Both the position numbers and the translations under genes were made by a program. Below are positions 8,950 through 17,355 of a DNA stretch of 64,000 bases, piece by piece. The notes under the pieces are model-generated. The model was not told the DNA's origin. It was given only the letters and a program-made list of their open reading frames with translations, and did not search any database. Source of the stretch: Verrucomicrobiota bacterium (GTDB lineage Bacteria; Verrucomicrobiota; Verrucomicrobiia; Limisphaerales; CANJSG01); contig JAYTUE010000088.1 of assembly GCA_043744715.1 (NCBI GenBank), positions 4,462-68,461 on the forward strand, in the 5' to 3' direction. Each line of letters opens with the position of its first letter. Position 1 is the stretch's first letter.

Positions 8950-11673
8950 ATGAGCGGAACAGCGGAACAGTCCCCCAGGAAAACCGGCAGGAACCGGCTC
9001 AGGATCGGCGGCATCACGGCAGCCGCATTGGTCCTCCTGCTGGTCCTCGCCTACTTCGTCGGAACCAGCGGCGCGTTCATCAAGGGCGTCGTCCTGCCCA
9101 AGGTCGGCACGGCCATGGGCGGCAAGGTGACCGCCGATGAAGTGGCCCTGAGCCCCTTCTCCAGCCTCAACCTCACCGGCTTCAAACTCGAGACCACCGG
9201 CCCCGAGCCGCTCGTCGCCGTGAAGGAAGTCCGCGTGCGCTACAGCCTCTGGTCGATCATCGGCGGCAAGATCGCCGTCGACGAGGTCACGGTCGAATCG
9301 CCCGTGATCAAGGTGGTCTTCAACGCCGACGGCACCAGCAACCTCCCTAAGCCTCCCGCGTCCGAACCTTCAAAACCTTCCTCCCCGTCGTCCTCGTCCA
9401 CGCCCGATCTCGCCATCAAGAACGTCTCGCTGAAAAACGCCACCGTCCTCGTCACGCTCAAGGCCAGGGACGGTTCGCAGGCCACGCATGAAATCTCCGG
9501 GCTCAACCTCACGCTCGACCAGCTCGTCAACGGCGCCCGCAGCGCGCTCAAGATCGACGCCGCGCTCAAGTCGCAGCAGACCGGCGGCACCAACGCCTTC
9601 AGCGCCGCCGGCTCGGTCAACGGCGACATCCAGTTCGAGCTGACCCAGGCGCTGCTGCCCAAGGAGGCCAAGGGCGGCATCAAGGCCAGCCTCGTCGACG
9701 CCACGGGATCGCTCGCCCCGCTCAAGGGATTCCAGGTCGCCCTCGACACGGAAGTCTCGCCCACAGAGCTGAAGAACGTCGGCCTCTCGGTCACGCGCTC
9801 CGGCACGGATCTGGCCCGGGTGAAACTTTCGGGGCCGTTCGACGCCGCCAAGTCCGAAGGAAAACTGAAGCTCGAACTCACAGACATCGACAGGAACCTC
9901 CTCGGCATCGTCGGGCCGATCCTTGGACTCGATTTCGCCGACACGTCGCTCTCCGGCAACGCCGACATCACCCTGGCGAACGCGGGCAAAGAGATCGCCC
10001 TGGCCGGAGTCTTCAGCGGCAAGTCGATCAGCGTGAAACCCGCCGGGGGCGTCGCAACGCCGGTGCTCGACGGCACCGTCGCGTTTTCTCTCCAGCTCAA
10101 GGACAACGTCGCCACCATCGAGAAGTTCACCGTCGAACCGGTGCTCGGGGGGAAATCCGGCGGCACCGTTTCAGCCAGCGGCACCGTCAACCTGAACGAC
10201 ACCACCGGCTCGATCACCGTGCAGTTCGCCAACCTGAACCAGTATCTCGTGAATCCCTTCACCGGCGGCAAGCTCGGCGGTCGCGACCTGATCACGCTGA
10301 CGCTGAACGGCGACGCCAAGGTCCAGCTCGGTTCCGGTGGCAGCATCTCCACCCAGTCGCAGCTGAACGTATCCAATCTCGTCACCAAGGCGCCCGAAGC
10401 CGCCAATCCGGATGCGCCGTTGAAGCTCTCGCTCAATGCCGACATCGCCAAAGCCGGCAGCGTGATCGACTTGAAGAGCGTCCGTGTCCAGCTCCCACCG
10501 ACGGCGCGCGCGAACAATGAACTCCGTGTCACCGGCAAGGCCGACCTGACCAGTCCCGAGGCCGTTTCCGGCAACGTCTCCATCGCGGCCGATGCGCTCG
10601 ACCTGACTGATCTTTACGCCATCGCCACCGGCGGTCCCGCAACGGCTCCCACCCCTCCCTCGCCTGCTCCCGCTTCGACCAACTCGGGTGCGGCGATCAA
10701 GCTCCCCGTCGGCAAGTTCGACCTCTCCGTCGCCATCGGCCACGTCTTCCTCCGCGAGCTGGACGTCGCCGGACTCAAGCTCAACACCCAGGTCGTCGGC
10801 AGCCGCGTCACCGTCAAGCCGCTCGAACTTTCGCTCAACGGCGCGCCCGTCACGGCCTCGGCCGACATCGATCTCGGCGTGCCCGGCTACCGCTACGACG
10901 TCGCCTTCAAGGCGGACAAGGTCCCCACCGGCCCTGCGATCAACTCCTTCGCGCCGGAGCGCAAGGGCCAGTTCGACGGCGTCATCCTCGCCTCCGCCAA
11001 CATCAAGGGCGCGGGCGTCGACGGCTTGGCGTTCAAGAAAAACCTCTCCGGCCAGCTCGCCTTCAGCCTGACCAACGTCAACATCCAGATCGTCTCCGCC
11101 AAATGGAAACCGATCCTGACCGGGATCGGTTTGGCCCTGCGCATCACCGACATCGCCCAGTCGCCGATCAACGCCCTCTATTCGCAGGTCGCGCTCGGCA
11201 ACGGCCAGATCGACCTCAAGTCCACCGTCGTCGAGAGCGAGGCCTTCCGCGCCCACGTCACCGGCGTGATCCACATGGACGACGTGCTGACCAACTCGCT
11301 CCTCACCGGCCTCAGCCCGAAGATGGAGCTACGCCGTTCGCTCGCGAAAAAATCCAACCTGCTTCCCGACAACACGCCCGAGGACGTGAAGTATGTCGCC
11401 CTGCCCGATTTCATGAAGATGAAGGGCACCATCGGCAAACCCGACGTCTCCCTCGACGCCGTCACAGTCACCATGATGGTCCTGAAGTCCACGCCCCTCG
11501 GCAACGCCGCGAACCTCGGCGGCGGCATCCTCAAAGGCGGTGCCGGAGCCGTCGGCAACGTGGTTGGCGGACTTGGCGGACTCTTCGGAGGCAACAAGAC
11601 CAACACCCCTTCAACCAACAAGCCTCCAGCCAATCCGCTCGATGGCCTGCTCAATCCCTTCCGCAAGAAATAA
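8950..11673 (+). CDS. AsmA-family / DUF748-like large envelope protein (N-terminal TM anchor, beta-rich body, Gly-rich C-terminus)
   Basis: The ATG at 8950 gives MSGTAEQSPRKTGRNRLRIGGITAAALVLLLVLAYFV (a TM anchor). There is a long repetitive beta-strand-like body and a C-terminal GGGILKGGAGAVGNVVGGLGGLFGG tail. Family assignment is by overall architecture only. Confidence 0.5.
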   Translation: MSGTAEQSPRKTGRNRLRIGGITAAALVLLLVLAYFVGTSGAFIKGVVLPKVGTAMGGKVTADEVALSPFSSLNLTGFKLETTGPEPLVAVKEVRVRYSLWSIIGGKIAVDEVTVESPVIKVVFNADGTSNLPKPPASEPSKPSSPSSSSTPDLAIKNVSLKNATVLVTLKARDGSQATHEISGLNLTLDQLVNGARSALKIDAALKSQQTGGTNAFSAAGSVNGDIQFELTQALLPKEAKGGIKASLVDATGSLAPLKGFQVALDTEVSPTELKNVGLSVTRSGTDLARVKLSGPFDAAKSEGKLKLELTDIDRNLLGIVGPILGLDFADTSLSGNADITLANAGKEIALAGVFSGKSISVKPAGGVATPVLDGTVAFSLQLKDNVATIEKFTVEPVLGGKSGGTVSASGTVNLNDTTGSITVQFANLNQYLVNPFTGGKLGGRDLITLTLNGDAKVQLGSGGSISTQSQLNVSNLVTKAPEAANPDAPLKLSLNADIAKAGSVIDLKSVRVQLPPTARANNELRVTGKADLTSPEAVSGNVSIAADALDLTDLYAIATGGPATAPTPPSPAPASTNSGAAIKLPVGKFDLSVAIGHVFLRELDVAGLKLNTQVVGSRVTVKPLELSLNGAPVTASADIDLGVPGYRYDVAFKADKVPTGPAINSFAPERKGQFDGVILASANIKGAGVDGLAFKKNLSGQLAFSLTNVNIQIVSAKWKPILTGIGLALRITDIAQSPINALYSQVALGNGQIDLKSTVVESEAFRAHVTGVIHMDDVLTNSLLTGLSPKMELRRSLAKKSNLLPDNTPEDVKYVALPDFMKMKGTIGKPDVSLDAVTVTMMVLKSTPLGNAANLGGGILKGGAGAVGNVVGGLGGLFGGNKTNTPSTNKPPANPLDGLLNPFRKK

Positions 11674-11683
11674 CTCCCAAGCG

Positions 11684-13057
11684 ATGCAAGCCGTCCTCGA
11701 CTACCTCGACGCGAACTACGACCGGTTCCTGAAGGAACTCTGCGACTACCTCCGCTTCCCCAGCGTGTCCGCCCAGCCGGAACACGCGAAGGACATGGCG
11801 GCCTGCGCCGAATGGCTGCTGAAGCATTGCCGCGCCATCGGACTGGAAGCCGAGCTGCATCCGACCAAGGGCAACCCCATCCTCGTGGCCCGCACGCCGC
11901 GCAAGGCCGGCACGAAGAAGCCGCACTACATGGTCTATGGCCACTACGATGTGCAGCCGGCCGAGCCGTTCGAGCTGTGGAAGACGCCGCCCTTCGAGCC
12001 GCGCATCCAGGGCTGCAATCTCTTTGCCCGCGGTTCCTGCGACAACAAGGGCCAGAACTTCGCCCACCTGAAGGCCGTCGAGGCCTACCTCAAGACCGGC
12101 ACCGAGCTGCCCTGCGACCTCACCTTCGTCATCGAGGGCGAGGAAGAGGTCGGCAGCAAAAACCTGATGCCCTTCATCAAGGCGCAGAAAGCCGCGTTGA
12201 AGTGCGACAACGTGGTCATCTCCGACAACGGCATTCCCCAGAAGAACCTCCCCGCCCTGACCTACGCGCTGCGCGGCATCATGGCCATCGAGGTGAAGCT
12301 GACGGGTCCGAACCGCGACCTGCACTCCGGCCTCTTCGGCGGCACGGTCGACAATCCCGCGATGGTCCTGAGCCAGATGCTGGCTTCGCTCCGCGACAAG
12401 GACGGCCGCATCACCATTCCCGGCTACTACAAGGACGTGCTGCCCCTCTCGAAGTCCGAGCGGGAATCCTTCAAACGGCTGCCGCAGGACGACTCGAAGT
12501 ATGCGAAGTTCCTCGGGGTGAACGCGCTCTTCGGTGAGAAGGGTTTCACGACCATCGAACGCAAGAGCGCGCGGCCCACGGTGGAGATCAACGGACTGAC
12601 CAGCGGCTACCAGGGCAAGGGCAGCAAGACGATCGTGCCTTCATGGGCCAGCGCGAAGCTCACCTTCCGCCTCGTTCCCGGCCAGTCGGCGAAGAAAGCC
12701 CACAAGACGATCCTCGCCCACCTAAAGAAGATTTGTCCGCCCACGGTGAAGATCGAGTTCGGCGACTATCACGGCGGCGAACCCTATCTCGTCTCGCCCA
12801 CCAGCCCTGCGGCGCTGGCGGCGCTCCGCACACTCAGGCTGGCCTTCGGCAAGGAGCCGGCGGTGATGCGCGAAGGCGGCTCCATCCCCATCGTCGTGGA
12901 CTTCAAGAAGGTGCTCGGCGCGGACACGCTGCTGCTGGGGCTTTCGCTGCCCGACGACAATCCGCATTCGCCCAACGAGAAGTTCGACCTCGATCTGTTC
13001 AAGGCCGGGATACGGATGGGGGCGTATCTCTGGCAGGAACTGCCGAAGGCGAAGTGA
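11684..13057 (+). CDS. M20-family metallopeptidase (dipeptidase / ArgE-DapE-CPG2 family)
   Basis: Start at ATG 11684 (MQAVLDYLDANYDRFLKELCDYLRFPSVS). GHYDVQP, SCDNKGQ and IEGEEEVGS metal-ligand blocks, plus C-terminal PDDNPHSPNEKF. Confidence 0.85.
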   Translation: MQAVLDYLDANYDRFLKELCDYLRFPSVSAQPEHAKDMAACAEWLLKHCRAIGLEAELHPTKGNPILVARTPRKAGTKKPHYMVYGHYDVQPAEPFELWKTPPFEPRIQGCNLFARGSCDNKGQNFAHLKAVEAYLKTGTELPCDLTFVIEGEEEVGSKNLMPFIKAQKAALKCDNVVISDNGIPQKNLPALTYALRGIMAIEVKLTGPNRDLHSGLFGGTVDNPAMVLSQMLASLRDKDGRITIPGYYKDVLPLSKSERESFKRLPQDDSKYAKFLGVNALFGEKGFTTIERKSARPTVEINGLTSGYQGKGSKTIVPSWASAKLTFRLVPGQSAKKAHKTILAHLKKICPPTVKIEFGDYHGGEPYLVSPTSPAALAALRTLRLAFGKEPAVMREGGSIPIVVDFKKVLGADTLLLGLSLPDDNPHSPNEKFDLDLFKAGIRMGAYLWQELPKAK

Positions 13058-13071
13058 GCGGCTCACCAACC

Positions 13072-14139
13072 ATGACCCTCGAAGACTTCGGCTGGAATGC
13101 GTTTCATGCGGACGCCTTCAAGGCCTACGCGAAACCTGGCATCGTGCCGGCGCGTGTGGCCATCGAACACCGGGGCGGCTACCAGATCGTGACGCCCGAG
13201 CTCGGACTCGTTCCGGCCACGGTCACCGGCCGGCTCCGCCATGCGCTGCGGAACAATGCCGAGCGTCCCGTCGTCGGGGATTGGGTGGCGGTGCAGCTGC
13301 CCAAGGGAGAAAAGAAGGCGGTCATCCATTACGTCACCAAAAGGCGGACCCGGCTTTCCCGCAATTCCGCCGGCAACGAAACCAACGAACAGATCCTCGC
13401 CAGCAACATCGACGTCGTGTTCGTGCTCGCGTCGCTCGCCTCCGAACTGAACGTCCGTCGGATAGAACGCTACGTGGCCGTGGCGGCGGATTCCGGGGCC
13501 AAGGTCGTCCTGCTGCTGACCAAGGCGGATCTCGTGGAGGACACCGAATCGGGGGCCGCCTTGTTGCGGGCCGCGATTCCCAATCTTCCGATCATCGTCA
13601 TCAGCACGGTGCGCAAGCGCGGCTACAAGGAAGTCCTCACCCACCTGAATCCCAGGGACACCACGGTGCTGATCGGTCCGTCGGGCGTGGGGAAATCGTC
13701 GTTGATCAACCGCATCTGCAGCGAGGAGCTGCTGCCCGTGCAGGAAGTCCGCGAGGACGACCAGAAGGGCCGCCACACCACGACCCAACGCGAGCTGATG
13801 CCGTTGCCGAACGGCGCGCTCGCCATCGACACTCCGGGCATCCGCGAGCTCCAGATCTGGATCACAGAAGCGGAGCTGGCCGAAGCCTTCGCGGACATCG
13901 AGGCGCTTTCGCTCCGCTGCAAATTCACCACCTGCCGTCATGCGAACGATCCGGGCTGTGCCGTTCGCGGTGCCCTGGAAGCGGGAACGCTCCCGGCGGA
14001 TCGCTTGGAGCACTATTTCAAGCTCAAGGGAGAAGCGGTCCAACTCCGCGAGCGCCAGCTGGGAAGAGCCTCCGTGCAGGAACGTCGCGTCAAGAAACGG
14101 CTGGTCTTCGAGCGGGACGATCCCTGGAGCAAGACGTGA
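13072..14139 (+). CDS. rsgA: Ribosome small-subunit-dependent GTPase A
   Basis: OB-fold N-terminus, circularly permuted GTPase (LLLTKADL ... GPSGVGKSSLIN ... DTPG) and C-terminal zinc knuckle CKFTTCRHANDPGC. Confidence 0.9.
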   Translation: MTLEDFGWNAFHADAFKAYAKPGIVPARVAIEHRGGYQIVTPELGLVPATVTGRLRHALRNNAERPVVGDWVAVQLPKGEKKAVIHYVTKRRTRLSRNSAGNETNEQILASNIDVVFVLASLASELNVRRIERYVAVAADSGAKVVLLLTKADLVEDTESGAALLRAAIPNLPIIVISTVRKRGYKEVLTHLNPRDTTVLIGPSGVGKSSLINRICSEELLPVQEVREDDQKGRHTTTQRELMPLPNGALAIDTPGIRELQIWITEAELAEAFADIEALSLRCKFTTCRHANDPGCAVRGALEAGTLPADRLEHYFKLKGEAVQLRERQLGRASVQERRVKKRLVFERDDPWSKT

Positions 14140-14165
14140 AAAAAGGCAGCCGTGGCCGGGCTGCC
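14139..14165 (-). terminator. Rho-independent terminator of the ACIII/cco operon (minus strand)
   Basis: GGCAGCC-gtggccg-GGCTGCC is a 7-bp GC stem. On the minus strand it is followed by TTTTTT (A-run 14139..14144). It sits 28 nt downstream of the cytochrome c stop. Confidence 0.6.
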
Positions 14166-14192
14166 TCTCACAACTACAGTCGAGGACCGGGC

Positions 14193-14801
14193 CTACTTGA
14201 CGGGGATCTGCAGGAGCTGCGGGGCGGCCCACTGCTCGCCCTTGTCCTTGGTCACGTCACGGATGGTCTTCACCTCGGCGGCGGTCACAGCCGAACCCTT
14301 GTTGCCCCATTCGTTGCGGACGTAGCTGATGACGTTCGCGATGTCTTCGTCCGTCAACTGGTCACGCCAGGCCATCATCGCGTTGTTGTATTCGACGCCG
14401 TTGACCGTCATGGGCCCCTGAACGCCGTTCAGAACAATCCGGACCATGCGGTTGGGCCCTTCGACATTCACCCAGTCGGACTTGGCCAAAGGGGGGAACT
14501 GCCCGGGAGCACCGGCACCGTTGCCTTGATGGCAACCCACGCAGTAGGTGCCGTAGACTTTGCGACCTGGGATAAACCAAGGAGGCAACTCCGGCTTCGG
14601 AGTCGCATCATCGACTTCCTTGAAGCTCTCGAAACGTCCGTAGACATTCGGATCGAAGTCCGCACCCGAGTTGATCGAGCGGACAATCAGGGCGTAGACA
14701 AGAATGCCAAGCGCGGTCACGGCCCAGAGCGGCGCCGGGTTCAGCCGAACCTTGGGCTCGGTCCCGTTTTCCATCGCTGGCTTGTTGGAGAGATCGCTCA
14801 T
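14193..14801 (-). CDS. Membrane-anchored monoheme class I cytochrome c (CcoP-like position)
   Basis: N-terminal TM (LWAVTALGILVYALIV), a single CVGCH heme motif and the distal Met region NNAMMAW. It is the last gene of the operon. Confidence 0.8.
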   Translation of the reverse strand: MSDLSNKPAMENGTEPKVRLNPAPLWAVTALGILVYALIVRSINSGADFDPNVYGRFESFKEVDDATPKPELPPWFIPGRKVYGTYCVGCHQGNGAGAPGQFPPLAKSDWVNVEGPNRMVRIVLNGVQGPMTVNGVEYNNAMMAWRDQLTDEDIANVISYVRNEWGNKGSAVTAAEVKTIRDVTKDKGEQWAAPQLLQIPVK

Positions 14802-14810
14802 GGCTCGGCG

Positions 14811-15539
14811 TTACTTCGCAGCTCCATTCGTCACGGTCTGGCTGACCGCGTTGGTCTTGGCTTTGGGCCGATAGATCGGCGCCTCGAAGAGGTTCACGTC
14901 CTGGCGCAGGCTCTTCAGGTAGGCCACCAGGGCGCGGGCCTCCGAGTTCGGGACCACCTCGTAGCCGGTCTGGTATTTCTTCGGGAGAACGACGGACTCC
15001 GGCAGCTTCAAGGCCGAGGTGGAGCCGCCCTGCGGCATGACCTTCCGATAATCGAAGAGGTGCAGATACGGCGGCATGGTCGACTTGTTGCCGGCTTTGC
15101 CGTCCATGAACGCGTTGGGCGCGAACAGGTGGACGAAGTGCCAGTTCTCGTCCGGCTGACGCAGTCCGATGTTGGAGAGATCGGGTCCCAGCCGCTGCAC
15201 GCCGAACATGGCGGGCTGGTCGAAAAGATAGTCGCGATGGACGCTGAAGCGGTTCAGCTGGGTCCACCGGGCATCGGCCGGATGCGGCGAAACCTGCTGG
15301 CTGTGGCAGTAGTAGCAGCCTTCGCGCTGGTAGATCTCACGGCCTTGGGAGGCGAGGCCCGCGCGGGCCTGGGGATAGATTTCCCCGACATCCCCTTCGG
15401 CAGCGGGGCGGTTCAAAGGCTGGAGCTGGACGTCCGGCTGTTGACGTCCGATCTGGACCTGCGGGGCAAGGACCATCCCCGACCACGAGCCGAGAAATGT
15501 GAGCAGCAATCCGAGAAAGATGAGCGTGCCGTGGTTCAT
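14811..15539 (-). CDS. ccoO: cbb3-type cytochrome c oxidase subunit II (monoheme CcoO)
   Basis: Start trimmed to MNHGTLIFLGLLLTF (TM). CYYCHSQ heme motif, GPDLSNIG and WHFVHLFAPN blocks typical of CcoO. 4-nt overlap with the upstream gene. Confidence 0.8.
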   Translation of the reverse strand: MNHGTLIFLGLLLTFLGSWSGMVLAPQVQIGRQQPDVQLQPLNRPAAEGDVGEIYPQARAGLASQGREIYQREGCYYCHSQQVSPHPADARWTQLNRFSVHRDYLFDQPAMFGVQRLGPDLSNIGLRQPDENWHFVHLFAPNAFMDGKAGNKSTMPPYLHLFDYRKVMPQGGSTSALKLPESVVLPKKYQTGYEVVPNSEARALVAYLKSLRQDVNLFEAPIYRPKAKTNAVSQTVTNGAAK

Positions 15540-16987
15540 TGCTTCGCCTTCGATCCGGTGGTTTCGGCGGCCCACGTGGTGCAGCCGCAATCCTCGACGG
15601 CGACCGTCTTAAGCATGCGGATGATCTGGGAGAGCACCAGAAGCGCGGAGATGAGCAGGAAAAGGAAGCCAAGGGTGCTCATGCCCATGAAGGGGACGAG
15701 GCCTTTGACGACATCGGCCGGGGCCTTGGTTTCATCCGCCCAGATCGACGCCTGCTTCAGTCCTCCCAGGATCAGGGGGATGCTGGTCATGAACAAAGCC
15801 ACCAGCGACGCCGCGATGCTGCCGATCTTGAAGCTGCGTCCGAGCAGGCCCGGGAGCATCAGGTTGTAGCCGGCCAGGATGGAGAAGCCCACGAAGCCGA
15901 AGAGGAGCATGAATGTGAGTCCGGGGCTGAACAGCGTCAGCTGTAGCGTCAGGTTCCGGCTGCGGAGATAGAACGAAGCGCTCAACAGGGCGTAGGAGAC
16001 CAGGGCCGTCAGCGCAAACCGTGCGAAGCGCAGGGACAACGAATCCTTCTCGGAAACCGCCTCGCCATCGGTCGAGTTCCAGAGGTTGTGGACGATGAGC
16101 GCGATGGGAACGAGGAAGATCAAGTTGGCCGACTCGCTGATGGTGATGATCCAGCGGGGAAGCGGCGCACCCGAATGCACTCCACCCCAGCCCGCGAGGA
16201 TCGCCAGGGTCCAAAAAGCGAACGTGGCGGACGAGCGGCTGTGGAGATCCGTCTTGGAGGTCTTGGGAATGACGTAGAACAGGGCACCCAGCCCAAGGAA
16301 TCCGAACCACAGCCAGGTCATGCTGTTGATGAACCAACCGTTGACGGAGAGCTGGACCGCACCGCGCACAGTCTGACCAAGCAGCGTCCAACTGGCCGTC
16401 CCGAGCATCCAGGGCAGCGTCAGAAGCGCACCGATGATGAACCACGCCGCCGGATACAACGTCCGCTCGGTCCGGGAAGCGATGGTGAGAAGACCGCACA
16501 CCGAAATCACGATCGACGCGACGAACAACATCGCCTGCGCGCCGGCGGGCATTTCCAGCCAGGGCAGCCCGGTGTTGTAGCCGGCGAGAATCCCGAGGGT
16601 GCCGATCAGGACCGTGCCGTTCCAAAGCACTCCGCCAAAGGTGAGCACGGCCGGCAGGGCCACTTTGGTCCGGCCAGTCCGGGCCAGAATCCAGATGCCT
16701 AACGCCGCTCCCGACTGGCTGAGAAACCCGTAGAGGAAGGCGTTCATCGCGGCCGGTTGGAGCCGGCCATAGGAAAGAAACGGAAATGAGGCACCCAAGT
16801 TGGGTCCGTGCATCTTCATCGCCGAAAGGAAGAACAGGAACGCGGCGAAGGCGAACCAGAGGGCGCCAAACACCGAAAGGAACAACAGCGGGATCTTGGC
16901 TCCGGAATCCTGATCGGACCGGACGCTGGCCTCGCGGGCTACTTCCGCCTGGATGGAGGGTGAAGCGGGCATGGAGGCGCGGCTCAC
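15536..16987 (-). CDS. CcoN-like heme-copper-oxidase subunit I homologue apparently lacking the heme/CuB histidine ligands
   Basis: About 12 TM segments, located in the ccoN position. By eye it is collinear with CcoN (YGRLQPAAMNAFLYGF; NGWFINSMTWLWFGFLGLGALFYVIPK; GWGGVHSGAPLPRW). Only 4 His occur in 483 aa and the canonical His positions are substituted. Confidence 0.65.
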   Translation of the reverse strand: MSRASMPASPSIQAEVAREASVRSDQDSGAKIPLLFLSVFGALWFAFAAFLFFLSAMKMHGPNLGASFPFLSYGRLQPAAMNAFLYGFLSQSGAALGIWILARTGRTKVALPAVLTFGGVLWNGTVLIGTLGILAGYNTGLPWLEMPAGAQAMLFVASIVISVCGLLTIASRTERTLYPAAWFIIGALLTLPWMLGTASWTLLGQTVRGAVQLSVNGWFINSMTWLWFGFLGLGALFYVIPKTSKTDLHSRSSATFAFWTLAILAGWGGVHSGAPLPRWIITISESANLIFLVPIALIVHNLWNSTDGEAVSEKDSLSLRFARFALTALVSYALLSASFYLRSRNLTLQLTLFSPGLTFMLLFGFVGFSILAGYNLMLPGLLGRSFKIGSIAASLVALFMTSIPLILGGLKQASIWADETKAPADVVKGLVPFMGMSTLGFLFLLISALLVLSQIIRMLKTVAVEDCGCTTWAAETTGSKAKQ

Positions 16988-17343
16988 TCGAAGGCGTTGG
17001 GCTTCTCCGGCAGCTTCGCCGTGGCGGTTTCCAACCGTTCAAGCAGGACCTTGCGGGCCGCCACGGGATCCTGCCATTCGCGGAGGGTGAGCTCCATGGC
17101 GGAGTTGATGGGCAAGCGATAGATACCGCGCTGCGGATCGATGACCGCGGCGTTGGTCAGTGTCGCGGTCGTGGCAGCCGTCACTTCCTGGCGGAACTTG
17201 AGGCGCTCGGCCGAACGCTGGGCCGCGATGTCGGGCGGGGTCACCTGGCGGGTCGCGAGACGGACGGTGCCGTAACCGATGGCTATCGCGCCGACGATAC
17301 CGATGAGGTAGATGCCGCAGGGCTTCCTGGTTTCGCTGCTCAT
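16984..17343 (-). CDS. Small single-TM membrane protein of unknown function linking actF and the ccoN-like gene
   Basis: 119 aa. It has an N-terminal TM (CGIYLIGIVGAIAIGYGTV) and a soluble tail. It starts 12 nt after the actF stop and overlaps the next gene by 4 nt. I recognise no motif. Confidence 0.55.
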   Translation of the reverse strand: MSSETRKPCGIYLIGIVGAIAIGYGTVRLATRQVTPPDIAAQRSAERLKFRQEVTAATTATLTNAAVIDPQRGIYRLPINSAMELTLREWQDPVAARKVLLERLETATAKLPEKPNAFE

Positions 17344-17355
17344 GGTTTCAAAGGG

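Noticed and set aside
13281-15869. 862-aa plus-strand ORF overlapping rsgA (other frame) and antisense to cytochrome c, ccoO and the ccoN-like gene
   Set aside because: Arg/Gly/Pro-rich nonsense composition. The overlapping genes have heme motifs, GTPase motifs and proper junctions.
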